The notes under the pieces are model-generated. The model was not told the DNA's origin. It did no database searches and was given only the letters and a program-made list of their open reading frames with translations. Below are positions 18,556 through 26,620 of a DNA stretch of 64,000 nucleotides, piece by piece. The position numbers and the translations under genes were made by a program. Each line of letters begins with the position of its first letter. Within the stretch, counting starts at the first letter, position 1. The DNA comes from Polyangiaceae bacterium. GTDB taxonomy: Bacteria > Myxococcota_A > Polyangia > Polyangiales > Polyangiaceae. The stretch spans positions 1 to 64,000 of the forward strand of contig JBGANF010000024.1 of assembly GCA_044222475.1 (NCBI GenBank). Direction: 5' to 3'.

Positions 18556-19689
18556 GTGAGCCGGGCCGGGTACGACGAGGTCGCGCTCCTCCTCGGCTTT
18601 CCATCGCTGCGGGCCGCGCGGATCCTCGACGTCCTCCTCCGACCGGAGGCGGGGCGCCCGCGCGTCTTCGTGCACGCCATCATCCACGAGAAGCTGGAGC
18701 CCGCGTGCGCGCGAGCGCTCGACCGTTTGTCGCCGGAGGCGCGGAGCTCGGTCGAGATTCACGCCGGTGACGCCGGCGCCATCGACCTCGGCCTCTCGGG
18801 GCCGGAGTTCCGGGCGCTCGCCAGCGAGGTCGACGTGATCCACCACGCCGCGCAGGTGAGCTACGCAGGCGTCGATCGCAAAGCGGCGGAGTACCTCAAC
18901 GTAGGCGCCATGCGCGAGACGCTCGAGCTCGCCGAGGCGGCGACGCACCTTCGCGCGTGCGTCGTGCACTCGTCCGCGACGGTCTCGGGAGATCGCACCG
19001 GCGTCGTGCGCGAGGAAGAGCTCGACGAGGGCCAGCGCTTTCGCAACGTCGTCGACGAAACGCTGGCGCGGGCGGAGCGCATGGCGCGCGCTGCGCAGGC
19101 GAAGAACGTCCCGATCGTCGTCCTGCGACCGGGCTTCGTCGTGGGCGACACGAAGACCGGTGAGGCGGACCGGCTCGATGGTCCTTACCTCCTCGTGCTC
19201 CTCATGTTGGCGGCGCCTCCCGAGTTCGTGCCCCCCATCCCGACGCGCGCCGACGCCCGGCTCTACGTCGCGCCCGCCGATTGGATCGCCGAGGTCGCCG
19301 TGCGCGTCTCGCGCGATCCCCGCGCGATCGGCCGCACGTTGCACCTCTGCGAAGAGAATCCGCCGAGCGTGCGCGAGGTGCTCGAGCTCGTCGCTCGCGC
19401 CGGCGGGCGCCGCGCTCCGCGAGGGTTCCTCCCCGCCAACCTGACCAAGACGCTTCTGCGAGCGCCCGGGCTCGAGCGGCTGCTGCGGAGCCCGAGGTCG
19501 TTCCTGGACGCGCTCGCGACGCCCGTCGTCTACGACCGCAGCGCGGCGCGCGAGCTGCTCGAAGACCTGCCGTGCCCGCCGTTCGCGTCGTACGTCGATC
19601 AGCTCGTCGCTCACGTTCGCCACCGAATCGACGAGCGCCGCGCCGCGACGTTCGGTGACACCGACGGCGCACCGGACCCTCTGTTCTGA
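18556..19689 (+). CDS. Extended SDR/male-sterility-fold protein with degenerate active site
   Basis: GDAGAIDLGLS, IHHAA, LNVG, LRPGFVVGD, DGPY; no GxxGxxG or YxxxK. Confidence 0.8.
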   Translation: MSRAGYDEVALLLGFPSLRAARILDVLLRPEAGRPRVFVHAIIHEKLEPACARALDRLSPEARSSVEIHAGDAGAIDLGLSGPEFRALASEVDVIHHAAQVSYAGVDRKAAEYLNVGAMRETLELAEAATHLRACVVHSSATVSGDRTGVVREEELDEGQRFRNVVDETLARAERMARAAQAKNVPIVVLRPGFVVGDTKTGEADRLDGPYLLVLLMLAAPPEFVPPIPTRADARLYVAPADWIAEVAVRVSRDPRAIGRTLHLCEENPPSVREVLELVARAGGRRAPRGFLPANLTKTLLRAPGLERLLRSPRSFLDALATPVVYDRSAARELLEDLPCPPFASYVDQLVAHVRHRIDERRAATFGDTDGAPDPLF

Positions 19690-19952
19690 TGGGTCGTCGC
19701 GCGATCGCACCCTGCGTCGGAGACGGACTGGTGATCCGTCGGATCGTGCTTCGCGCGCGCGACGTCGTCTACTTCAAGGGCGTCATCGAGGCGTCCGAGG
19801 GGCTCGCGCAGGTCTTCGCGGAGGAGGGGGGCGACCTCACCGTGGCCGCTCCCGTCGATCGCGAGGCCGAGCTCGATCGCGTGCTCGCGGAGCTGCTCGC
19901 CGAGCTCGACGGGCTACGCGTCGTCGTCGGTGGTGAGCTCCCCGCGAAATGA
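19689..19952 (+). CDS. Small protein, DUF4911-like
   Basis: DVVYFKGVIEASEGLA pattern; TGATG coupling to the upstream gene. Confidence 0.6.
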   Translation: MGRRAIAPCVGDGLVIRRIVLRARDVVYFKGVIEASEGLAQVFAEEGGDLTVAAPVDREAELDRVLAELLAELDGLRVVVGGELPAK

Positions 19953-21917
19953 ACCGCCGTCCGACGGCCGCTGCGCGTCGACGTCCGGCCCGCTCGACAC
20001 CGGACCCGAGGTCGGGGGGGCGCTCGAGATGGCGCCGCCGAGGGCGTGCTTGCGCTCGAGGGCAGCGACCGCGTCCGTTCCGCCGAGTCGCTCGAGCACT
20101 GCGCGCAGATCGCCGGGCATCGGCGCGTCGATCGTCAGCCTCGCGCCTTGCGGAGACGTGACCTCGACGCGGACGCAGTGAAGGAACGTGCGATCGAGGC
20201 CGTGCTTCTCTTCGAAGAACCGATTCGTCGGGGTGTGACCGTACCGGTCGTCGCCGAGGATCGCGTGACCGATCGCCGCGAAGTGGCGGCGAACTTGGTG
20301 GGTTCGCGGCTCCTCCGGGATGACGCGGACGATCGCGTGGCCGCCGGCGACGAGCAACCTTCGATACCGCGTCCGCGCCTCCTGGAGTCGCCGGTCGTCC
20401 CCGGGCTCACGGAGAGGGCGCGCGATCGTCCCTTTGGTGGGCACCACGCCGCGCACCGCGCCGACGAAGATCCTCCGGGTCGTCTCGTGGTCCATCGCGC
20501 GCTGCCAGGCGGGTAGGAGCGCGGCGTTCTTGGCGAAGAGCGCGACGCCGCTCGTGCCGAGGTCGAGGCGGGTGATCGGCGTCGCGTTCGCGCCGCCCGG
20601 GAGCGCGCGCACGCGATCGAACAAGGACGAGACGTGCGCGTCGGCGGAGTCGCCGTGCGGCGTCGTGGGCTCGTGGCCGCCCTTGTCGACCGCGATGAGC
20701 GAGTCGTCCTCGAAGAGGACGAGCGGTCGCGGCGCGGCCGACCGCCCGAGGAACACGACGGTCTCGACCTCTTCGGTGAGCGGGATCATGTCGAGCGGCT
20801 GCGCGCTGAGCGTGCGGTAGCCGAGCCGCGAGAAGTGATCGAGGTCGCGCGCGAGCGTCTCGGGGTCGCACGAGACGTACGCGAGGGTCGGCGCCGCGAG
20901 CCGCGCGATCAGCTCGCGGGTCGCCGGGCCGAGCCCCCGTCGAGGTGGGTTCACGACCACCGCGTCGAACGCGGCGCGGCGGTCGGCGAGGGTGCGGAGG
21001 GCGCTCGCGCTCTCGGAGCAGAGAACCTCGGCGGCGAGCCCTTCGTCGCGCGCGGCGCGCTCGGCGTTTCGCGCCGCGGGAGGAAACGCTTCGACGATGG
21101 TGACCTTCGCGCCGCGGCGGGCGAGGGAGAGCGCGATCGCCCCCGAGCCGGCGTAGAGGTCGAGGACCTTCGTTCCAGCGGTGACCCGTAGCCCGTCGGC
21201 GAGGAGGGAGTGCACGCGCGCAGCCTGGCCGCGGTGCGCCTGCACGAACGAGCCGAAGGTTGCATAATGCATGGATTCGCCGTGGTGGTCCGCGGCGGTG
21301 TCCTCGCCGGCGAGTAGCTCGGTTTCGCTGCCGAGGATCTGCGGCCCGTCGCCCTGGACGTTGACCGCCACGCCGAGGACCTCGGGCGTGTCGGCGACGA
21401 ACCGCTTGGCTTCCTCGCGCAGACGCTCTCGATCGCCGTCGCCGTGAGGCCGCGTGACGAACGTCACGAGCGCACGGCGACTTCCGTCCTTGCCACGGAC
21501 CTCCCGTAGGTCGATGGCGCGCAGGAGCCCGCCGCTGCCGTTCGCCCCCGCCGGTCCGAGCGGCGAGGCCGCATCGCGCTCCGCGCCGACGATCCCGCGG
21601 AGGCGCGTGGCCAGCGTCGCGAGGACCGGCGCGAGGACTTGGCACTCGGGGATGTCGACCACGTTGTGGCCGCCGCCCTTGGCGTAGAGGCCGAGCTCGC
21701 CGCCCGGGCCGACGATGAGCTTCGCGCGGGTGCGGTACCCGGCCACCGGCTCGGCCGGGATCGTCGACTCGGTGTAGGTCAGCTCGAGGGCGCGATAACG
21801 GCCGATCGCCTGGACGACGCGGCCGCGCTTGTAGCCCAGCTGCGCGTCGTAGCCGAGGCCGATGACGGGGCATCCGCCGCAGCGTTCGGCGTGGGGGCAG
21901 ACGACGTCGACGGGCAT
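19914..21917 (-). CDS. Fusion of RlmD-like RNA m5U methyltransferase and RluA-family pseudouridine synthase
   Basis: CPHAERCGGC, LDLYAGSG, NPPRRG, YVSCDPETLARD; then TRLDLGTSG, RTHQVRRH, GDDRYG. Confidence 0.88.
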   Translation of the reverse strand: MPVDVVCPHAERCGGCPVIGLGYDAQLGYKRGRVVQAIGRYRALELTYTESTIPAEPVAGYRTRAKLIVGPGGELGLYAKGGGHNVVDIPECQVLAPVLATLATRLRGIVGAERDAASPLGPAGANGSGGLLRAIDLREVRGKDGSRRALVTFVTRPHGDGDRERLREEAKRFVADTPEVLGVAVNVQGDGPQILGSETELLAGEDTAADHHGESMHYATFGSFVQAHRGQAARVHSLLADGLRVTAGTKVLDLYAGSGAIALSLARRGAKVTIVEAFPPAARNAERAARDEGLAAEVLCSESASALRTLADRRAAFDAVVVNPPRRGLGPATRELIARLAAPTLAYVSCDPETLARDLDHFSRLGYRTLSAQPLDMIPLTEEVETVVFLGRSAAPRPLVLFEDDSLIAVDKGGHEPTTPHGDSADAHVSSLFDRVRALPGGANATPITRLDLGTSGVALFAKNAALLPAWQRAMDHETTRRIFVGAVRGVVPTKGTIARPLREPGDDRRLQEARTRYRRLLVAGGHAIVRVIPEEPRTHQVRRHFAAIGHAILGDDRYGHTPTNRFFEEKHGLDRTFLHCVRVEVTSPQGARLTIDAPMPGDLRAVLERLGGTDAVAALERKHALGGAISSAPPTSGPVSSGPDVDAQRPSDGGSFRGELTTDDDA

Positions 21918-21954
21918 CCCGCCGATGATGATAGCCGAACCCGGCCTTCGTGCT

Positions 21955-23190
21955 TCAGTTCCGCCGAACTTCGACCGGCCAGAAATGGGTCGTCTGCCCT
22001 TGACGGGAGATCACGGCGAAGCCGCCCTGGGCGGGGACCGTCTTCGTGGCGGTGACCGTCAGGACCACGTGGGTTCCGTTGTTCACCGTCTTCTGGTCGA
22101 ACGCGAAGCTGAGGGCGGACGAGCCACCTTGGAACTGCGCGAAGTCGATCGCCGAGAGGTTCCAGTCGGACGTGGGGGCGTCGGAGAACGCGTCGAGGTC
22201 GACGGTCGCCGTGTCGCCGGTGGTCTTGAGGATGATGCGGTCCTTGCGCGGGGCGACGTTGAAGTAGACCGACCCCGGCGGGATCGGCACGCACGGGTCG
22301 TGGCTGTCCTTGGCGCTCTGGTTCGACCACGAGCGCTGCACGGTGAACGTCGACTCGATGACCTTGTCGTTGCCTCCGGCGAAGTCGACGCAGAGGTCAC
22401 CGACCTCACCGCCGGCGACCGCCCAGAGCGAGCTCGTCATGTAGTAGGAGAGGAGGTTGAGGCCGACGTCCGGATCGGTCGCGGCTTCGACGAACTCGTG
22501 GCTCGCCGACGTCGTCGTGGTCTGCTCGCCGCCGCACCTCGGCATGATCGCGTAGGCGACGACCACGAGTTGGTTGGCCGCGTTCTTGAGCGTCACCGTG
22601 TTGTGGTACGCACCGAAGTTGTTGCAGCTCTGCGAGCCGTCGAGGTTCACGCTGACGCCCTTCGGGAAGTAGATCGCGTAGAGCGTGTTGTCGGTCGGGT
22701 CGGGGAAGGTCTTGTCGGCGACCTTCGCCTTGATGAGATCCTTGATCGTCGACACGTCGCTCGACGAGGAGTCCGTGTACGACGCCGCGGGCGCTTCCGG
22801 AATGGAGACGTGACCGCCGCCCGTGCCGGGACCGATGCACGGCGTGTTCTTCGGCTGCGCGCAGTACTCCGAGGTCGTCGCCTTCCACCACGGCGTCGAC
22901 GTGATCGTGTCGCCGAAGGTGTTGAGGCGGCCGACGAGCGTCGGGTCGTCGCTCGCGAAGGTGACGGTGACGACCGACATCGCGTCGAGGATGCGTCCAC
23001 CGTGGTAGTCGACCTGCGGAAGGGGAGAGTGGTCGGCCGGGTATTTCACCGGACCTGCATCGACGGCGGCGTCGGGGTCTGCGGTGTCTGCGCCCGCGTC
23101 CACCGGTTGCGGGTTGTCGCTCACGGAGCCGCCGCAGGCAGCGAAGAGGAAGCCAGCGGCAACGGAAAAGAGAAGAGCGTGCTTCGTCAT
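21955..23190 (-). CDS. Lipoprotein with Phi-1/EXORDIUM-like HExxE domain
   Basis: Lipobox FAAC; YHGG, GAYH, SHEFVEAATDP, EVGDLC, VQRSWSN. Confidence 0.7.
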   Translation of the reverse strand: MTKHALLFSVAAGFLFAACGGSVSDNPQPVDAGADTADPDAAVDAGPVKYPADHSPLPQVDYHGGRILDAMSVVTVTFASDDPTLVGRLNTFGDTITSTPWWKATTSEYCAQPKNTPCIGPGTGGGHVSIPEAPAASYTDSSSSDVSTIKDLIKAKVADKTFPDPTDNTLYAIYFPKGVSVNLDGSQSCNNFGAYHNTVTLKNAANQLVVVAYAIMPRCGGEQTTTTSASHEFVEAATDPDVGLNLLSYYMTSSLWAVAGGEVGDLCVDFAGGNDKVIESTFTVQRSWSNQSAKDSHDPCVPIPPGSVYFNVAPRKDRIILKTTGDTATVDLDAFSDAPTSDWNLSAIDFAQFQGGSSALSFAFDQKTVNNGTHVVLTVTATKTVPAQGGFAVISRQGQTTHFWPVEVRRN

Positions 23191-23330
23191 GGCGGCCGTA
23201 GCTAACGAGACGAAACGCGATCGCGCAAGGTCGCGCAGCGAAAAAAACGCGTGATCCCGGGCGCTTGTCCAGCGTGAGCGGAGCATTCGCTCCCCACTGG
23301 CAAACGCCCGTCGTGGCGCCGATGTGGGCG

Positions 23331-23726
23331 TCAGTGCGCGACGAGGATGCGCGTGATTCCCGCGGCCGCTTTGCCGAGCACGTCACCGCTCTCGGAGCGC
23401 GGTCGCGAGGCGAGGGCGCAGAGAAGGACCGTGTCGCCACCGACGTCGACGGTGCGCATCGTCACTCGGTCGCGCAGCTCGGCGATGCGATCGCTCTCGC
23501 CGAACGAGCCCGATTCGAGCAGCGGCGCATACGCGGCGAGCTCTTCGCACGCCGCCCACGAGCCCGCGCCCGCGACGACGACGCCCGCTCGATCGGCGAC
23601 GACGACCGTGTCGAACGACGCTTCGTTGCGCGCGTGGGACAGCTGGTAGTGCAGGGCGACCAGAGGGTCTTTGCTGCGACGGCGGCGGCGCTCGGAGTTC
23701 TCGGGGCCTGGCTGGGCGGTGTGCAT
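23331..23726 (-). CDS. Roadblock/LC7-like small protein
   Basis: Helix followed by VVVADRAGVVVA hairpin; size and C-terminal helix fit the fold. Confidence 0.6.
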   Translation of the reverse strand: MHTAQPGPENSERRRRRSKDPLVALHYQLSHARNEASFDTVVVADRAGVVVAGAGSWAACEELAAYAPLLESGSFGESDRIAELRDRVTMRTVDVGGDTVLLCALASRPRSESGDVLGKAAAGITRILVAH

Positions 23727-23818
23727 GTTCGAATTGTCCCGAGGACCATCGTTCGAGGCCAACTTTTCGCCCCTTGACGTTCGGCCTCGGTCCGCGAACA
23801 AATAGACGCAAGCCATTC

Positions 23819-25135
23819 ATGCACGCCTGTCACCAAGAGCTCTACGCCCGTCGCCGTGCCCTCTTCATGGACGCCATGTCCGCGCGTTCGGAGAACGCGG
23901 TCGCCGTGCTCGCGGCGGCGCCGGTGTTCACGCGGAACAACGACGTCGATCACGAGTACCGCCAGGACTCGGACCTGTTCTACCTCACCGGGTTCGACGA
24001 GCCGGGCAGCGTGCTCGTGCTGTCCGCGAAGGATCGCAAGACGACGATGTTCGTCCGCCCGCGTGATCCCGAGCGCGAGATCTGGGACGGCCCGCGCGCC
24101 GGCGTCGACGGCGCGAAGAGCATCTTCGGCGCCACCGACGCGTTCAAGATCAGCGAGCTCTCCGACGAGCTGCCCAAGCTCCTGTCGAACCAGCGCCGGC
24201 TCTACTACCGGCTCGGTCGAGACCGACCGTTCGACGACAAAGTGCTAGAGGCCCTCGATGCGACGCGACGCCGCGGCCGCACCGGCGTGACCTGGCCCAC
24301 CGAGCTCGTGGATCCGAGCACGATCCTCCACGAGATGCGGCTCATCAAAGGCTCCGAGGATCTCGACGCGATGCGCACCGCCGCCGCGATCACGCGCGAC
24401 GCGCACCTCAAGGCGATCGCCCAGGCTCGCCCGGGCATGTTCGAGTACGAGGTCGAAGCGCTCCTCCTCGAGACGTTCCGCAAGCGCGGGTCCGAGCGAC
24501 CCGCTTATGGAAGCATCGTCGGCTCGGGCGTGAACGCGACCGTGCTCCACTACCGGCAGAACAACCGGAAGATGGAGGACGGCGATCTCCTGCTCATCGA
24601 TGCCGGGTGCGAGTTCGGGTACTACGCGAGCGACGTCACGCGCACGTTCCCGATCAGCGGCAAGTTCACGAAGGAGCAGGAGGCGATCTACCAGCTCGTG
24701 CTCGACGCTCAGATGGCGAGCATCGAGAAGACCAAGGTCGGCGGCACGATCGACGAGGTCCACGCCACCAGCGTCGAGGTCATCACCAAGGGCCTCGTGG
24801 CCCTCGGTCTCCTCCAGGGTGACGTGAAAACGCTCATCGAAACGGAGGCTTACAAGCCGTTTTACATGCATCGCACGAGCCACTGGCTCGGGATGGACGT
24901 GCACGACGTCGGCTCCTATTTCGTCGACGGCAAGCCGCGCAAGCTCGAGGCCGGGATGGTGCTCACGGTCGAGCCCGGCATCTACATCGGCGAGAGCTAC
25001 GACAAAGTACCAAAAGAGTACCGCGGCATCGGCGTCCGCATCGAGGACGACATCCTCGTCACCGACGAAGGGCCCGTGAACCTCACGGCGGAGATTCCGC
25101 GGACGGTGGAGGAGCTTCGTCAGGCGGTCGCGTAG
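23819..25135 (+). CDS. pepP: Xaa-Pro aminopeptidase
   Basis: YRQDSDLFYLTGF, LIDAG, YASDVTRTFP, HWLGMDVHD, TVEPGIY, GVRIEDD. Confidence 0.96.
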   Translation: MHACHQELYARRRALFMDAMSARSENAVAVLAAAPVFTRNNDVDHEYRQDSDLFYLTGFDEPGSVLVLSAKDRKTTMFVRPRDPEREIWDGPRAGVDGAKSIFGATDAFKISELSDELPKLLSNQRRLYYRLGRDRPFDDKVLEALDATRRRGRTGVTWPTELVDPSTILHEMRLIKGSEDLDAMRTAAAITRDAHLKAIAQARPGMFEYEVEALLLETFRKRGSERPAYGSIVGSGVNATVLHYRQNNRKMEDGDLLLIDAGCEFGYYASDVTRTFPISGKFTKEQEAIYQLVLDAQMASIEKTKVGGTIDEVHATSVEVITKGLVALGLLQGDVKTLIETEAYKPFYMHRTSHWLGMDVHDVGSYFVDGKPRKLEAGMVLTVEPGIYIGESYDKVPKEYRGIGVRIEDDILVTDEGPVNLTAEIPRTVEELRQAVA

Positions 25136-25595
25136 CCGCCTCTTTCTCCTCCTCCTCGGCGCGGGCGCGGCGCGCGTCCCGCCACACGAAGAGCTGGTAC
25201 GCGACGAGGCCGAGGACGGCGGCCAGCACGAGGCCCACCGGTACGCTCCCAAGGATCCAGTCGAGGAGCAGCGAGCCGGCCTTGTCGAGCACGTCGTCCC
25301 GAGTGAGGGTCGTGAACGAGCCCGTGCGCAGGCGGTGCGCGAGCTGCACCTCGGCGATGACGATCCACGGAAGGATCAGGAAGTTCGAGATTCGGGAGCC
25401 GAGCCACGCGAAGAGGCGGTTCTTCTTGAAGAGCGTGGCCAGGCCGATCGCGACCCACCCGTGGACGCCCACCGCCGGCGTGCACCCCGCGAAGACGCCG
25501 AGCGCGATGGCCCACGCGAGCTCGCGGGGTGTCCCTCGCTCGTTCTTCGCGAGGTTCCACAGCGTCTTGATGCGAGCCCAGAGGCGACCGAACAC
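25083..25595 (-). CDS. DUF2062-like membrane protein
   Basis: TPRELAWAIALGVFAGCTP, ISN motif, hydrophobic segments. Confidence 0.75.
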   Translation of the reverse strand: MFGRLWARIKTLWNLAKNERGTPRELAWAIALGVFAGCTPAVGVHGWVAIGLATLFKKNRLFAWLGSRISNFLILPWIVIAEVQLAHRLRTGSFTTLTRDDVLDKAGSLLLDWILGSVPVGLVLAAVLGLVAYQLFVWRDARRARAEEEEKEAATRPPDEAPPPSAESPP

Positions 25596-25656
25596 GACAC
25601 CGTAGTTAGCACGCCTCTTCTTGGCCCCTTCGTCGGTCCGTTGCTACATCCGAGGG

Positions 25657-26592
25657 GTGCAGACGCTCACCGACGCGATCGACGGCTTCGAGCGCTACCT
25701 CGAGTTCGAGCGGCGCGCGTCGCCGAACACCCGCGCCGCCTACCGGCGCGACCTGCGGTCGCTCGACGAGTACCTGGCGCGGCGCGGGGCGCGCGCGTCG
25801 CCGATGGCGTTCGATCGCGTGGACGTCTACGTCCTGCGCGGCTGGCTCGGAGAGATCGCGCGCACGGTGCAACCCGCGACCGTCGCGCGAAAGCTCGCCG
25901 CGGTGCGCTCGCTCTTCCGGTGGGGGCGGCGAAAGGGGCACCTCCGCCGCGATCCAGCGGCCGAGCTCGCGAGCCCCAAGGTTCGCCGGCCGCTCCCGAC
26001 CCTCCTCTCGGTCGACGCGGCGTCGCGCGTCGTCGAGAGCAGCGACGCCGGGACCCCGTCGGCGCTTCGCGATGCCGCCATCCTCGAGCTCCTCTACGGC
26101 TCCGGGCTGCGCGTCAGCGAGCTCGCCGGGTTGGATCTCGCCGCGCTCGACCTCGGTGCGCGGTCGGTCCGCGTGCTCGGCAAGGGCAACAAGGAGCGCA
26201 TCGTCCCCTTCGGATCGAAGTGCGACGAGGCGTTGCAGGCGTACCTCGCGCGTCGGGCAGAGCTGGCGCACCCGCGAACGCGCGCGCTCGACCCCCGGGC
26301 GGTCTTCGTCTCGCGCCGCGGCCGGCGCATGCCGGTGCGCGAGATTCAGCGGCTCGTGAAGCGAGCCGGAGCGCTCGGCGCCGGGCGCGCCGACCTTCAC
26401 CCGCACGCGCTGCGGCACGCGTTCGCGACGCACCTCCTCGATGGCGGCGCCGACCTCCGCGCGATCCAGGAGCTGCTCGGCCACGCATCATTGACGACGA
26501 CTCAGCGCTACACCCACGTCTCGGTCGAGCATCTGCTCCGCGTGTACGACCAGGCCCACCCGCTCGCCAAGGCGCCGCGCAAGTCGCGATAG
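25657..26592 (+). CDS. xerC: Tyrosine recombinase XerC
   Basis: SPNTRAAYRRDL, LYGSGLRVSEL, GKGNKER, HPHALRHAFATHLL, LGH, TQRYT. Confidence 0.92.
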   Translation: MQTLTDAIDGFERYLEFERRASPNTRAAYRRDLRSLDEYLARRGARASPMAFDRVDVYVLRGWLGEIARTVQPATVARKLAAVRSLFRWGRRKGHLRRDPAAELASPKVRRPLPTLLSVDAASRVVESSDAGTPSALRDAAILELLYGSGLRVSELAGLDLAALDLGARSVRVLGKGNKERIVPFGSKCDEALQAYLARRAELAHPRTRALDPRAVFVSRRGRRMPVREIQRLVKRAGALGAGRADLHPHALRHAFATHLLDGGADLRAIQELLGHASLTTTQRYTHVSVEHLLRVYDQAHPLAKAPRKSR

Positions 26593-26620
26593 GTCGCCCG
26601 GAGATGGTAGGTTCGCCCGC

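Noticed and set aside
25657..26592. Tyrosine recombinase as integrase of a mobile element
   Set aside because: XerC-type size and motifs, housekeeping neighbours, no att repeats, tRNA or cargo genes
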